The translations under genes and the position numbers were made by a program. This document shows positions 1 to 9,122 of a stretch of 64,000 bases of DNA, one piece after another (within the stretch, counting starts at the first letter, position 1; each line of letters opens with the position of its first letter). Location: positions 1 to 64,000 of IMG/VR virus record IMGVR_UViG_3300023235_000012; one strand, given 5' to 3'. This DNA is from a virus. The notes beneath the pieces were generated by a model, which saw nothing but the letters and a program-made list of their open reading frames with translations, was not told the origin of the DNA and did no database searches.

Positions 1-81
1 TCGCGCAGAGTCTTTAGTGAGGGATGAGCGAACGTCTAGGCCTCAGTTATATAACTAATGTATAGTTTTTTGAAGAAGGAA

Positions 82-615
82 TCAATAATTGATTCGTCTG
101 ATTACTATCTCATCAGAGCGTTCTAGCAATGAAGGTTCTTCGGGGATTTCTGGGAGTTGATTAAATTTCTTAATACGAATGTTGCTTTTTAGTTCTCTTC
201 CTGATAAGGTTCGAGAACCTGCCATCTTATAGGCCAAAAATTTCCAATCTTTCATCTTTCTTTTAGCAAGATTATTGATCTTCTTCATAAGAAGTAAGAA
301 GTTTTTGATGAATTTTTTGTCTCTCTTCATCTCTAGGAAAAGCAGAAACATACCATCATCTGCAAGTCTATCGGAAACCTCAGTATCAAGTACTGCAAAT
401 GGACCTCGCTCAATGAAACTTGAAAGATCATATGCCGCATCCCTGTTCTCGGTACGAAAGACAACTACGATCGATTCATCATCATCTAGTATCTTACTCT
501 TATATTCATCGATGCTGATTTCATCCGAAATGACATCCAGAAGATCACCTTGAAAGAGACCTTCCGTTAAAGTCTTTTCTTTTTGATTAGATTTCAAAAT
601 CATCATCTTCTCCAA
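82..615 (-). CDS. hypothetical phage protein
   Basis: 177-aa ORF overlapping the end of 587..1129; exact start uncertain. Confidence 0.65.
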   Translation of the reverse strand: MEKMMILKSNQKEKTLTEGLFQGDLLDVISDEISIDEYKSKILDDDESIVVVFRTENRDAAYDLSSFIERGPFAVLDTEVSDRLADDGMFLLFLEMKRDKKFIKNFLLLMKKINNLAKRKMKDWKFLAYKMAGSRTLSGRELKSNIRIKKFNQLPEIPEEPSLLERSDEIVIRRINY

Positions 616-1129
616 TGTCTACCGGTGCGTCGTCTGAGAAACCTTCTGATTCAAGGTTTTGATCTTCTGCTTCTCCGACGTCCCTTGTTTCAATCTTATC
701 ATCAAACATAGTCATGTCTTCAATGTCAACTTCATCAATGAAACGACGTGGGACACTAATCTCAATGAACCAAACTGGATCCTTCTTCATCTTAGGCTTC
801 TTAGAGCCATCTTCTCGATAATCATCCGGTGTGCGCACCTTAATAGCATCAATTGAATGTCCTTGCTTAAATTTTACCTTACATCCATGTTTGATAAGAG
901 CCATGCCTGCCATTGGATCAGGTAATTGATGGAACATCAAAACAACTCTAATCCAAAAACGCTCGACTTTAGGGCCAGCAACCACTTCACCTTCATACCA
1001 TCCCTGATATGAATACAGATGAAAATTGTCAAGAAATCTTTCAAACTCGACCAATGAATCAAGCAAAGATTGATGCTTGAACAATTTCTCAATTGTTTCA
1101 ATAGAGTTTAATTCTGATCCAGCCATCAT
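587..1129 (-). CDS. hypothetical phage protein (late-promoter associated)
   Basis: 180-aa ORF, AAGGA SD, TAAATA motif at 1163-1168 (minus). Confidence 0.75.
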   Translation of the reverse strand: MMAGSELNSIETIEKLFKHQSLLDSLVEFERFLDNFHLYSYQGWYEGEVVAGPKVERFWIRVVLMFHQLPDPMAGMALIKHGCKVKFKQGHSIDAIKVRTPDDYREDGSKKPKMKKDPVWFIEISVPRRFIDEVDIEDMTMFDDKIETRDVGEAEDQNLESEGFSDDAPVDIGEDDDFEI

Positions 1130-1162
1130 TTTTTCCTTTTACTATTCTATTATTCTTATTCT

Positions 1163-1212
1163 TATTTATGCCGGTGTTTTCATGACTCAATTTTTTCGGA
1201 TTTGACTAAATA
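1163..1212. promoter_or_regulatory. divergent pair of T4-late-like TAAATA promoter motifs
   Basis: TAAATA on minus (1163-1168) and plus (1207-1212), each facing a gene start; arrangement recurs in the window. Confidence 0.6.
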
Positions 1213-1217
1213 ATCAT

Positions 1218-1309
1218 GACGGCCGGCCGTCTTCCTTTACTCTCAAAGATTAAGTTTTGAGGGTTTAATATCTAACTCACGTCTGTGAATAGGGAGGACA
1301 TTAAATGTC
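1218..1309 (+). promoter_or_regulatory. structured 5' leader of phoH with SD-sequestering stem
   Basis: GUCUUCCUU (1229-1237) can pair with AGGGAGGAC (1291-1299), enclosing two hairpins; competing GACGG-CCGG-CCGUC hairpin (1218-1231). Confidence 0.5.
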
Positions 1310-2015
1310 ACGAGCATCCAGAAAACAAAGAAAATTCCACGATAAATCATCTGAAGTTATTGACTTTCCCGCCTACCAAAGAAAAAAACAAATCCAAATT
1401 CTTCCCAAAAATCTAGAGCAAGAGGAACTCTTAGCCAAACTCGAAGATGAAAAATTAGATTATGTCGTAGCATATGGTATTGCCGGTTCAGGAAAAACAT
1501 ATATTGGTTGTGGATTCGCCGCTAATCAATTATTGACGAAACAAGTCAAGAAAATTGTTTTCGTTCGGCCAAATATTTCAATTGAAGGTGAATCGATTGG
1601 TTCTCTTCCTGGTGATCTTCTAGAAAAGATGAGGCCATGGATTGCACCTCTTATCGATGCTTTGATCGAACAAGGATACACCAAGACGGAACTCGAGAAG
1701 ATGATAAAGAATGACATCATTGAGATTGTTCCAGTGGCTTTTCTTCGTGGGCGATCTTTCAAAGACATCTTTGTTATAGCAGACGAAACACAGAATCTTT
1801 CATCAAAAGCAATGTTAAGCTTGCTTACTCGACTAGGTGAAAATAGCAAAATGATCATCATGGGTGATACCGATCAAACCGATCGAAAAGGTTCTAATGG
1901 TCTAGAAAAAATAATTAGAGAGTGTGATCATATTCGTTCTTTTGGGAAAGTAGAACTGATTGAATCAGTAAGAAATCCAGTGATAGAAGAAATCACTAAA
2001 TGTTTCATGCAGTAA
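1305..2015 (+). CDS. phoH: PhoH-family ATPase
   Basis: GIAGSGKT Walker A; IGSLPGDLLEKMRPW, FLRGRSF, DETQN, LTRLGENSK, GDTDQTD motifs. Confidence 0.95.
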   Translation: MSRASRKQRKFHDKSSEVIDFPAYQRKKQIQILPKNLEQEELLAKLEDEKLDYVVAYGIAGSGKTYIGCGFAANQLLTKQVKKIVFVRPNISIEGESIGSLPGDLLEKMRPWIAPLIDALIEQGYTKTELEKMIKNDIIEIVPVAFLRGRSFKDIFVIADETQNLSSKAMLSLLTRLGENSKMIIMGDTDQTDRKGSNGLEKIIRECDHIRSFGKVELIESVRNPVIEEITKCFMQ

Positions 2016-2018
2016 AAT

Positions 2019-2052
2019 TATTGAGGAGAGATGTCAAAATCTCTCCTCAATA
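2019..2052. terminator. probable bidirectional intrinsic terminator
   Basis: ATTGAGGAGAGAT...ATCTCTCCTCAAT inverted repeat between convergent genes. Confidence 0.7.
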
Positions 2053-2348
2053 TATTTCAACAATGCTTCTATTGATGAAGCCGATTTTCTAATAAAACCA
2101 ATTGGCGTGTCAGGATATCAATGCAACGTCCAAATTCTTTTGAGTTCGCATGCCTTGTTTTTCTCTTCTTCACTCACCCAATCAATGTCGAAATCATATC
2201 CTCTAGGATTGGTAACAACGTCTAGAACATTAGTATAATCAGGACCGATTTCTTCATTAAAAGATAAAGAAAGACTAGAAAACTCACCATTGAGTAGTTT
2301 CAAAAGGCTCTCTTCCATTGTCATCTCTTTTGTCTTTTCGATGCCCAC
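2034..2348 (-). pseudogene. small phage gene with one in-frame TGA (nonsense or read-through)
   Basis: ...IWTLH[TGA 2118-2120]YPDTPIGFIRKSASSIEALLKYIEERF* continues in frame. Confidence 0.55.
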
Positions 2349-2487
2349 TTAAAGAAATCAACAGCTTTAGGATAAGACAGTAAAGACTTGTTCATATTTG
2401 AAAGGTCTTTTTTCATCTGAGCCATTTCTTCTTTACTGAACCTCTTATTCGTGAGTTCGATTTTCTTTTTTCGTAGCCAATCTAGCA

Positions 2488-3078
2488 TTATTTTCTCATT
2501 GTTATCGTTGATTCAATCTCTTCCCAATCCTTACACCAAGTCACTCTATCCTTAGTTTCATTCTTAAATCTTACATTTCGTAGATTTTCGATGACTATCG
2601 GAGTATGTCCATATTCCAAACCAAGCAGGGCATTCTTGACATTATCTTCAATCCAGAAGGTAGGAAAATAATCTGCTAGAAGAGTGCTTTTTGATTCACC
2701 TAACTCAACACAATGTACCTCTTTAAAAACGTCACCAAAGATATGGAATAAATTCGTTCTTCGGAGCGCTATTGTTTGAAGATTTGTCGAGCACGATGAG
2801 ATAACAACAAATTCAAACTTATGAAGATCATTAAGCTTCTTTATTGCTTCGATGGCACCGGCAATAGGAGGAAGACAACCAAACTCCCACGAATAAAGAT
2901 TGAATTCGTTTATTTCTCGACTAACATCGTAAACATCTAAGCCTAACCACTCCTTTAGATCCCAATCAGCGTTTCCTCTGGGATCTAAAGTAGTCTGATG
3001 GCGATGCTCGAAAAATAGACGAAATCCTTCTGACCATTGTAGAAGGACGTCGTCACAGTCTATTAATATCGTTTTCAT
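2488..3078 (-). CDS. HAD-family nucleotidase/phosphatase (T4 gp30.2-like)
   Basis: DCDDVL motif I, ISSC motif II, WIEDN motif IV; start at MKTIL after purine-rich SD. Confidence 0.8.
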   Translation of the reverse strand: MKTILIDCDDVLLQWSEGFRLFFEHRHQTTLDPRGNADWDLKEWLGLDVYDVSREINEFNLYSWEFGCLPPIAGAIEAIKKLNDLHKFEFVVISSCSTNLQTIALRRTNLFHIFGDVFKEVHCVELGESKSTLLADYFPTFWIEDNVKNALLGLEYGHTPIVIENLRNVRFKNETKDRVTWCKDWEEIESTITMRK

Positions 3079-3089
3079 TTCTTTCCCCC

Positions 3090-3376
3090 TTAGAAGAATA
3101 CAACCATATAAAGCCAACCAAAACCTAACATTATCAATGGTCCAACGAAACTTTGCAGGATGGCGTGGGTTGTTTTTTATAGGTTAAGAGTTCTTTGACA
3201 TCTTCTTGCTTCAAAGTAACCGATCCGGTTAAAGCACGAAACACAAGACTGACACCAATTGCTTGAGCTACCGTTAAGAGTGGTAGATTAAAGGTTAAAA
3301 CAATGAACCACTCCCAAAGTTGCGATAGTACGAATCCACTCAACGCTGCTGCTGGCAACCAAAATACACACATCAA
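3090..3376 (-). pseudogene. small membrane protein, frameshifted at an A6 run
   Basis: Hydrophobic ORF; a final TM helix (AILQSFVGPLIMLGFGWLYMVVFF*) lies in another frame after run 3173-3178. Confidence 0.45.
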
Positions 3377-3426
3377 ACAATAGCAAATGAATCCTGTTCG
3401 TTTTTCTAGAGTATCTAATATCAGAT

Positions 3427-3915
3427 CTAATTCCTTTCGTTTTGAATTTCATCAAAACCCTCTGATTTTGATGGTGGAACGTAACCACGAGCCATAGAAT
3501 CAACCACGAAATCAGGTACCGACTTTCCTGTGGCGTCGAACCTGTCTTTCATCCTTTTCTTCAGAACTGCGGCAGGGACAATGAAGTTCACCGCTACCTT
3601 CCGATAACCTTTTTCATCTGCGGAACGAATGTAATCACGCCGATTTTTCTCCGTCATGTTCGTCCGATCAATAATGAAATCGTCACGGTTATCAAAAGCT
3701 TTCTTTACATTCTGTTTGAACGCATTAGTAGCCGCAACCACAAACCGCTTGAAACCTTCATTGTATGTCAATCCAGCTTCTTCGCATTTTCTGTCAATGA
3801 TGTCATCAGACGACAATGCATAGAAATTTGGGTTCTTCTTAATGAAGGCTTCTCGCCAGGTACTTTTGCCTGAAGCAGGAAGGCCGATAAGAATATAGAC
3901 TGTAGGCTGTTCCAT
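3427..3915 (-). CDS. polynucleotide kinase-like P-loop kinase (AAA_33)
   Basis: GLPASGKST, SSDDI, IIDRTN motifs as in the T4 Pnk kinase module. Confidence 0.85.
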   Translation of the reverse strand: MEQPTVYILIGLPASGKSTWREAFIKKNPNFYALSSDDIIDRKCEEAGLTYNEGFKRFVVAATNAFKQNVKKAFDNRDDFIIDRTNMTEKNRRDYIRSADEKGYRKVAVNFIVPAAVLKKRMKDRFDATGKSVPDFVVDSMARGYVPPSKSEGFDEIQNERN

Positions 3916-4057
3916 TATTCTTCCTTATTTTACTTTGTTATTTTATAATAACACACCATCAAAACATTTCAGGTTTATTTGCCAATTTATTCTATATTAT
4001 AACATCTTTTTGTAAGAAGTCAAGAGATATTTGGTGAAGATATTTATAGAATAAAAA

Positions 4058-4312
4058 ATGGGAAAGCAGAAAACAACTGAAGAATTTATCGAATTAGCTC
4101 GTGTTCGACAATGGGAATCAATATCAATATCAGAAAACTGTCTATAAAAGACAAGAATTCCACGGAGATTTCTGGCATGGAAATCCCAGAGTGTTCGATA
4201 AAGATAAAATTCATCCAATAAAAGGAGTCACTTTTGGAGAGATATATGAAGCATCATGTGCTAAAGATCAAAAATCTTAGAAAAAGGATTTAATCTTGTT
4301 GTGAAGTAGGAG
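4058..4312 (+). pseudogene. decayed homing endonuclease (DUF723-like repeat plus Vsr-like nuclease)
   Basis: MGKQKTTEEFIELAR / frameshift / GNQYQYQKTVYK..EFHGDFWHGNP / frameshift / ILEKGFNLVVK*E. Confidence 0.65.
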
Positions 4313-4979
4313 ACGTAAGAATATTCCATTGCCAGTTTCGAGTCCAATGTTCGTCGGTTTGGACATGCTTGGCTCGGACAAATTTGGCAACATTCTGTGA
4401 GAAGTCGTTAGCTGGAAAAGAATCGGCTGTTCGCATTACAAAACCTTCTTTTTCTGGTCCAAATGCTGAATGTTTCTTTCTCTCTTCAATAAAGAACTCA
4501 GTTATGTCCTTAATTTTTGAAAACGAGCCCTTGAATATCACTGGAACCGTAGGAAGATCGTAGTGTTTTGCGTACGATTCAACACCATCCCAGGAACAAA
4601 AAATATCATCTACTTGTTCAACCGAAATTCTAGCTGCGAATAAATAAAAAGTTTCATCCATAGGAATGGTGTAAGAAATACTATGGCGTGCTGCAATGTC
4701 CTCTCCGAAAAGAGTCAACCATTCAGTGTCACGATCAACCTTCCATGCGTGATTCTTTCGGACCATTGCCATCCAACCATCGTGACTAGGCCTCAACGTA
4801 GAGCGAGCATAAACCTCTCCGCGATAAAGAGCAGTGTTCCCACCGTCGATTTTTTCGGTTACTACGACTTCTTTATCTAAGAAGAATTCTGGATCTTGAT
4901 GATAGGAATCATCTCGATGCACCGTTTCTGACCAAGGCCAATGCGGAGTTTTAGGATATCTAGATGGTCCTTGTAGCAT
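4290..4979 (-). CDS. ATP-dependent RNA ligase family protein (Rnl2-like adenylyltransferase domain)
   Basis: YPKTPH, TEKIDGGN (motif I), FGE, EGFVMR, AKFVR. Confidence 0.88.
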   Translation of the reverse strand: MLQGPSRYPKTPHWPWSETVHRDDSYHQDPEFFLDKEVVVTEKIDGGNTALYRGEVYARSTLRPSHDGWMAMVRKNHAWKVDRDTEWLTLFGEDIAARHSISYTIPMDETFYLFAARISVEQVDDIFCSWDGVESYAKHYDLPTVPVIFKGSFSKIKDITEFFIEERKKHSAFGPEKEGFVMRTADSFPANDFSQNVAKFVRAKHVQTDEHWTRNWQWNILTSPTSQQD

Positions 4980-5016
4980 CTCATTCGTTCCTCGAAAGAG
5001 AGATTTTGATTTTCTG

Positions 5017-5517
5017 TTAAATGCCCATCTTCTTCAAAAGGGCTAGAGTACTAGCAGTGCTAGTATGCAGAAGGAAAACACCGCCAGATTGTTCCCAAGC
5101 AGCTTTGGTCTTTTCCCGGTCATCAATCAAGATGGCACCATTTAGATTATCGGTACCGCGAAGATTCATTGCATCAATGTGTTTCTCTTTTGCCCAACCA
5201 GTAATCACTGGAACATCCCAGCCGAGCTCTCGCCCGCACCAATTCCTCTTTTGGCCAGAAGCCCATCGCCCCATTGGAACGCCAGTCAGGATAGTGGGAT
5301 TAAACTTCTTGACAAAGTCCCAGAGATTTTTTCCATCTGACATCCAATCTAGATTGGCATAGAATTCATCGGTTCTTGCCAATGCTGACCACATATCCTT
5401 CATCTTCTGTTCGTGTGGAAACTTGCCCGTGACCTCTTTAACACCGCGTTCGAAATCTGCCAGACACCCGTCGAGGTCCTGGAAGATTACTGGATCTTTA
5501 AGTTCGTTCATCATCAT
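5017..5517 (-). CDS. HAD-family 5'(3')-nucleotidase-like phosphatase
   Basis: DLDGCLADF, ILTG, ILIDDR motifs. Confidence 0.85.
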   Translation of the reverse strand: MMMNELKDPVIFQDLDGCLADFERGVKEVTGKFPHEQKMKDMWSALARTDEFYANLDWMSDGKNLWDFVKKFNPTILTGVPMGRWASGQKRNWCGRELGWDVPVITGWAKEKHIDAMNLRGTDNLNGAILIDDREKTKAAWEQSGGVFLLHTSTASTLALLKKMGI

Positions 5518-5548
5518 TTATAATACTTTCATTTTTCTCTATAGTTTT

Positions 5549-5577
5549 ATAATACTTGCATTTTTCTCTTTTGTCAA
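5549..5577 (-). promoter_or_regulatory. sigma70-like early promoter
   Basis: TTGACA-N17-TATTAT on minus, upstream of the HAD/ligase genes. Confidence 0.65.
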
Positions 5578-5585
5578 GAAGAAAA

Positions 5586-5882
5586 TCAAGAATCTTTTTC
5601 TGCAGGATCAACGAGTTCTGGCAGAGAAAATTGACCCCATGCTTCTCCTTCGAAGACTACGCAAGTTGTGGTTTCTTCTCCGCCGGTCTGAAGAAGAAAC
5701 CAATGGCCTTCCTTGTCAGCGAAAAGTTCTACTAATGTACCACCTGAAACACCAGCATCGATCCTTTCCATTCCTTCAAATACCATAATCTGATACGCAC
5801 GTTCTGTAGGTGCACACCGTTCATCAGCAGAAGCCAAAGCTGGAAACAAAGAGATGCAAATTACTAGAAGAAGATACTTCAT
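5586..5882 (-). CDS. hypothetical exported protein
   Basis: Signal-peptide-like N-terminus, two Cys in mature part. Confidence 0.6.
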   Translation of the reverse strand: MKYLLLVICISLFPALASADERCAPTERAYQIMVFEGMERIDAGVSGGTLVELFADKEGHWFLLQTGGEETTTCVVFEGEAWGQFSLPELVDPAEKDS

Positions 5883-6048
5883 TTCAATTCTTCCAATTTT
5901 TGCTTCAATTGTTCAATCTTTTCTTCGTGTTCGGTTTGTGCTTCGAATCTATAGGTCGCATATTCACCAGAATCCAAGAATTTTTGGAGTGAAGATTGAA
6001 GCTTTTCAATTTGTTGCTCAAGATTTTTCATAAAAGTATTTACTCGGA

Positions 6049-6315
6049 TTATCTATGTGGATCTTCTGGATCTTCTGGATCTTCTGGTTCTTCAAGGTAA
6101 GCGCTCTTTTCATCAGGTTTGAAATCACCATCCGCGTCAAGATACGGAGGAGGCCATCCATGCGAACGGATATTCATTCCTCTGATTATCATCTTAGGCA
6201 ATAAGTAAAGCGCCATCTTGATAGTATAAAATATTGCGCAAATCAGAATGAAGGCGAGAAAACCAAGCATTGGAGATGATACAAGTAAATCTAAGAACTT
6301 TCCTATTTCAATCAT
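6049..6315 (-). CDS. hypothetical membrane protein
   Basis: TM helix, GWPPPYLDADGDF motif, (EDP)3 tail from a 9-bp tandem repeat. Confidence 0.6.
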   Translation of the reverse strand: MIEIGKFLDLLVSSPMLGFLAFILICAIFYTIKMALYLLPKMIIRGMNIRSHGWPPPYLDADGDFKPDEKSAYLEEPEDPEDPEDPHR

Positions 6316-6496
6316 TTTTTTAAGAACTCCTTAGGAAGAAATATTACGAACCATCCGAATACCAAGAAAAACAAGAAGAAGATTAAGACGAATCCATTGG
6401 ATTCATCAAAATTTGCCGAAATATATGGATACAGTATGATCTGTTGATAAGTCCAGACAACACAAAACCAAATCTTTGCGATATAAAATAAAGCAT

Positions 6497-7810
6497 TCAT
6501 TTTTCGGAAACCTCCCAACGGACATCGTTCATCAATTTACGAACACGATCAATCTTGGATCCAGTCGTGGTTTGCTTGATCAGATAATTTCGAACAACTT
6601 CAAATGCATCCTTACCATCGTACAAAGCAAACATCAGATTCTGGATTTCTGGTTCTAATGCATCGTTGTTCTTAACGAAATCCAGAGCAAACATCTTCTT
6701 GCGTTCGTGTTCACCATTTTCGAACATTTCAAAGTTCTGTTCGTCTAAAGCAAAATCTGCACGATTATATTCGCTCATCAACTTACGACCTAAATCGAAG
6801 CACGCTTCGTTCAATTCTTTCTGGAACGTGTCGAGTCGATCTCGTTGATCTTCCATTAAAATCGCCTTCAGGTCATCGGCCTTGTCTTCAAGAACAATGC
6901 GCCAAACATCTTTCTCCTGCTGAAGGTGCGAAACAGCCTTATGCAATGAAAGATAGATGTCAGCCTTCACCTTCAGCATGTGACCATCTTCAAATCGAAT
7001 CACATAACCTTCGATTTCTTTATCTTCTCGAGCTTCCTCGATAAATTTTTCCATGGTTTCTATCGTGCCAGCGTATTGTCGAACTACTTCTACATCTAAT
7101 GCTTCACCGACACGCAAAAGAGTTTCGTGGGGCTCGTATTCACCAGTCTGATTGTCGCGGATTGCTAATAGGACCAAACGATCCTTTGGATGGTCAACTA
7201 CTATTCGATTCTTGCGTGAACAAAACTCAAAGATTGGAGTCTTCGCAATTGCAATAATTAGCTTACAAAATTCTTCGTAACCATTGTAACCGTCTTCTTC
7301 GTCTTGCTTTTCAACAAAACTATAGACTAAACTAGCTACATCAGTTGCACCCATTTTGGTGTGCCACTCAATTTCACCATTCCGTAGGAAAGGAGTGATC
7401 ATGCTGCCGTCGAGCTTTTCGAGGATCACGTGATTTTTGTCCCAGTCAATCTTCTTGAACTCCGTCTCCCGACGTTCGCCAAGATTAAAAAATTTGTGGA
7501 ACTTTCGAGCAGCGACCGTACCGTCTGGATAAAAGGTCAAACCGCGAAGTTCACGTAATATCTCAGAAAAATTTGCTTCACACGATTGAATCATCGCATT
7601 ACCGGTTTCTGAATCAACTCCTTCGATATCAAAAACCACTAAGCCCGTATCCGGGAACGTAGTAGGCATATTCACCAGATAATTGAACACAATAAAGCCG
7701 TCGCGCTGAGCTTCAATGAATTCGGTCTTACCGTCATTCAAAGAAGCATGCCAATCGATAGCATCGCGAACCTGCTGTATATTTGTAATCTCTGGAAATT
7801 CGTATTTCAT
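6497..7810 (-). CDS. rnlA: RNA ligase 1 (T4 RnlA family)
   Basis: ELRGLTF, KFHKFFN, EKLDGSMI, FEFCS, EGYVI, KVK motifs. Confidence 0.92.
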   Translation of the reverse strand: MKYEFPEITNIQQVRDAIDWHASLNDGKTEFIEAQRDGFIVFNYLVNMPTTFPDTGLVVFDIEGVDSETGNAMIQSCEANFSEILRELRGLTFYPDGTVAARKFHKFFNLGERRETEFKKIDWDKNHVILEKLDGSMITPFLRNGEIEWHTKMGATDVASLVYSFVEKQDEEDGYNGYEEFCKLIIAIAKTPIFEFCSRKNRIVVDHPKDRLVLLAIRDNQTGEYEPHETLLRVGEALDVEVVRQYAGTIETMEKFIEEAREDKEIEGYVIRFEDGHMLKVKADIYLSLHKAVSHLQQEKDVWRIVLEDKADDLKAILMEDQRDRLDTFQKELNEACFDLGRKLMSEYNRADFALDEQNFEMFENGEHERKKMFALDFVKNNDALEPEIQNLMFALYDGKDAFEVVRNYLIKQTTTGSKIDRVRKLMNDVRWEVSEK

Positions 7811-7860
7811 TGCTCTCCTTTATGTCAGTAGTATAATAGAATTTCGGAAAATGCCAAGCA

Positions 7861-8142
7861 TTAATTCGAAGAAAAGTCTCTAATCAGGCAATAATTTTTC
7901 CATGCTTCTGCTAGACTAGGGTTTCCTTTGTGCCTATGCCGATCAATTTCACTGATCAGAAGGAGATTATTATGATTTTTCACCCGTGATTGACGAACAT
8001 TAGAATCCTTTTTGATGATAACCGTATCATCTTCAAAATTCTGGATGATTGCGTGATCTTTCCCAATATACGAACCGGACAATGTAAAATGTAATACCAC
8101 ATCGCCGATTTTAAGTTCATTCCCTAATGCATCAATTATCAT
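7861..8142 (-). CDS. hypothetical protein
   Basis: 93-aa ORF coupled to upstream gene; DALGNELKIGDVV start common in phage SH3-like proteins. Confidence 0.55.
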   Translation of the reverse strand: MIIDALGNELKIGDVVLHFTLSGSYIGKDHAIIQNFEDDTVIIKKDSNVRQSRVKNHNNLLLISEIDRHRHKGNPSLAEAWKNYCLIRDFSSN

Positions 8143-8575
8143 TCTTCAATTCTTCTCGGACATGCATCAGAAGAACACCTAGACGATTTCGCCCATTTCC
8201 ATTCTTTCCAAGTCCCCAATATTCGTCCCACGGCGCCCACTCTGCCAAGATAGAATCTTCGGTCAAAAGCAACATTTTTGCAAAATTCGAACCAGCTTCG
8301 AATTTAAAGTGTAAAGCACGAAGCATCACGTCTTCTTTGATTTCTTCCCAATCATGTCTGATTTTCATTCTTCTTCCAAGTCTTTTTGATTTCCCAGGAG
8401 TTTCGGCCTTTCTTATCTTCTCTTGATCTGAAAGATCGATGGTTTTCATAGCCTGATAGAAATGCTCCACGGTCGGCCACATGACACCATCGACTTTAAT
8501 CTCAGATGGAAAGAAATTAGACATGAATCTAAAATCTTTGAAATCTTCATGTCCAAATTTTATAATATCATCCAT
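8132..8575 (-). CDS. NADAR (YbiA-like) family protein
   Basis: FMSNF, WPTVEHFYQAMK, KRLGR, DEYWG, GRNRLGVLLM. Confidence 0.92.
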   Translation of the reverse strand: MDDIIKFGHEDFKDFRFMSNFFPSEIKVDGVMWPTVEHFYQAMKTIDLSDQEKIRKAETPGKSKRLGRRMKIRHDWEEIKEDVMLRALHFKFEAGSNFAKMLLLTEDSILAEWAPWDEYWGLGKNGNGRNRLGVLLMHVREELKNDN

Positions 8576-8781
8576 TTTTTGATTCCTTCATCCTTTCGAG
8601 AGAATGCTTGAGAACCTTAAGCCTTTGAGCTTGTGGATGTTCTTTCCCACCGAAAACTCGAACCATCTTTGTTCCATTTGTGTTTACGATGCTTCCACAT
8701 GATCCTGGTGGTCCTTTAAGAGTAAAGTGCCAGCTTTCGCCTAGAAATTCAAGTGCCTCTAAAATCGTTAACCATCGATCT

Positions 8782-9121
8782 TCAACCATCTTTTTGTTCC
8801 ATTGAGTTATCAAAAATACCTAGGAATTTATTCCCGTCACAGTGAGTGTCCATGCAGATCATTGTGTTTTTTATCGGTTCGGTACACCCATTTCGGAGGG
8901 TGTCTTTGTTTATAGATTTCTGCCTCATAATATTTCAGACTTTCTAACAGCTCTTCCGTTAGTGGATCTTCTGAATAAATTACCACACCTGATCCATTTT
9001 CATCTTGATGAAGCTGCCAATAAAATTCACGGTGATCAACTAAGGGAATCACCGACCAATCTTCCACATAATCAAAATGTTCATGTATCTTAGTCTGCAA
9101 GTCAAAATATTCGTTAAACAT
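8782..9121 (-). pseudogene. small phage gene frameshifted at an A6 run
   Basis: MFNEYF...KWVYRTDK continues in +1 frame as TMICMDTHCDGNKFLGIFDNSMEQKDG* after run 8867-8872. Confidence 0.5.
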
Positions 9122-9122
9122 T

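Noticed and set aside
275-553. Short antisense ORFs in the track (also 1526, 5021, 17160, 28011, 30963, 31445, 44763)
   Set aside because: Fully overlap well-supported genes on the other strand; Ser/Phe-rich shadow composition
6058-6092. Short tandem repeats (also 13477-13525, ~20035-20070, ~52915-52940)
   Set aside because: In-frame low-complexity coding repeats, not arrays or regulatory repeats
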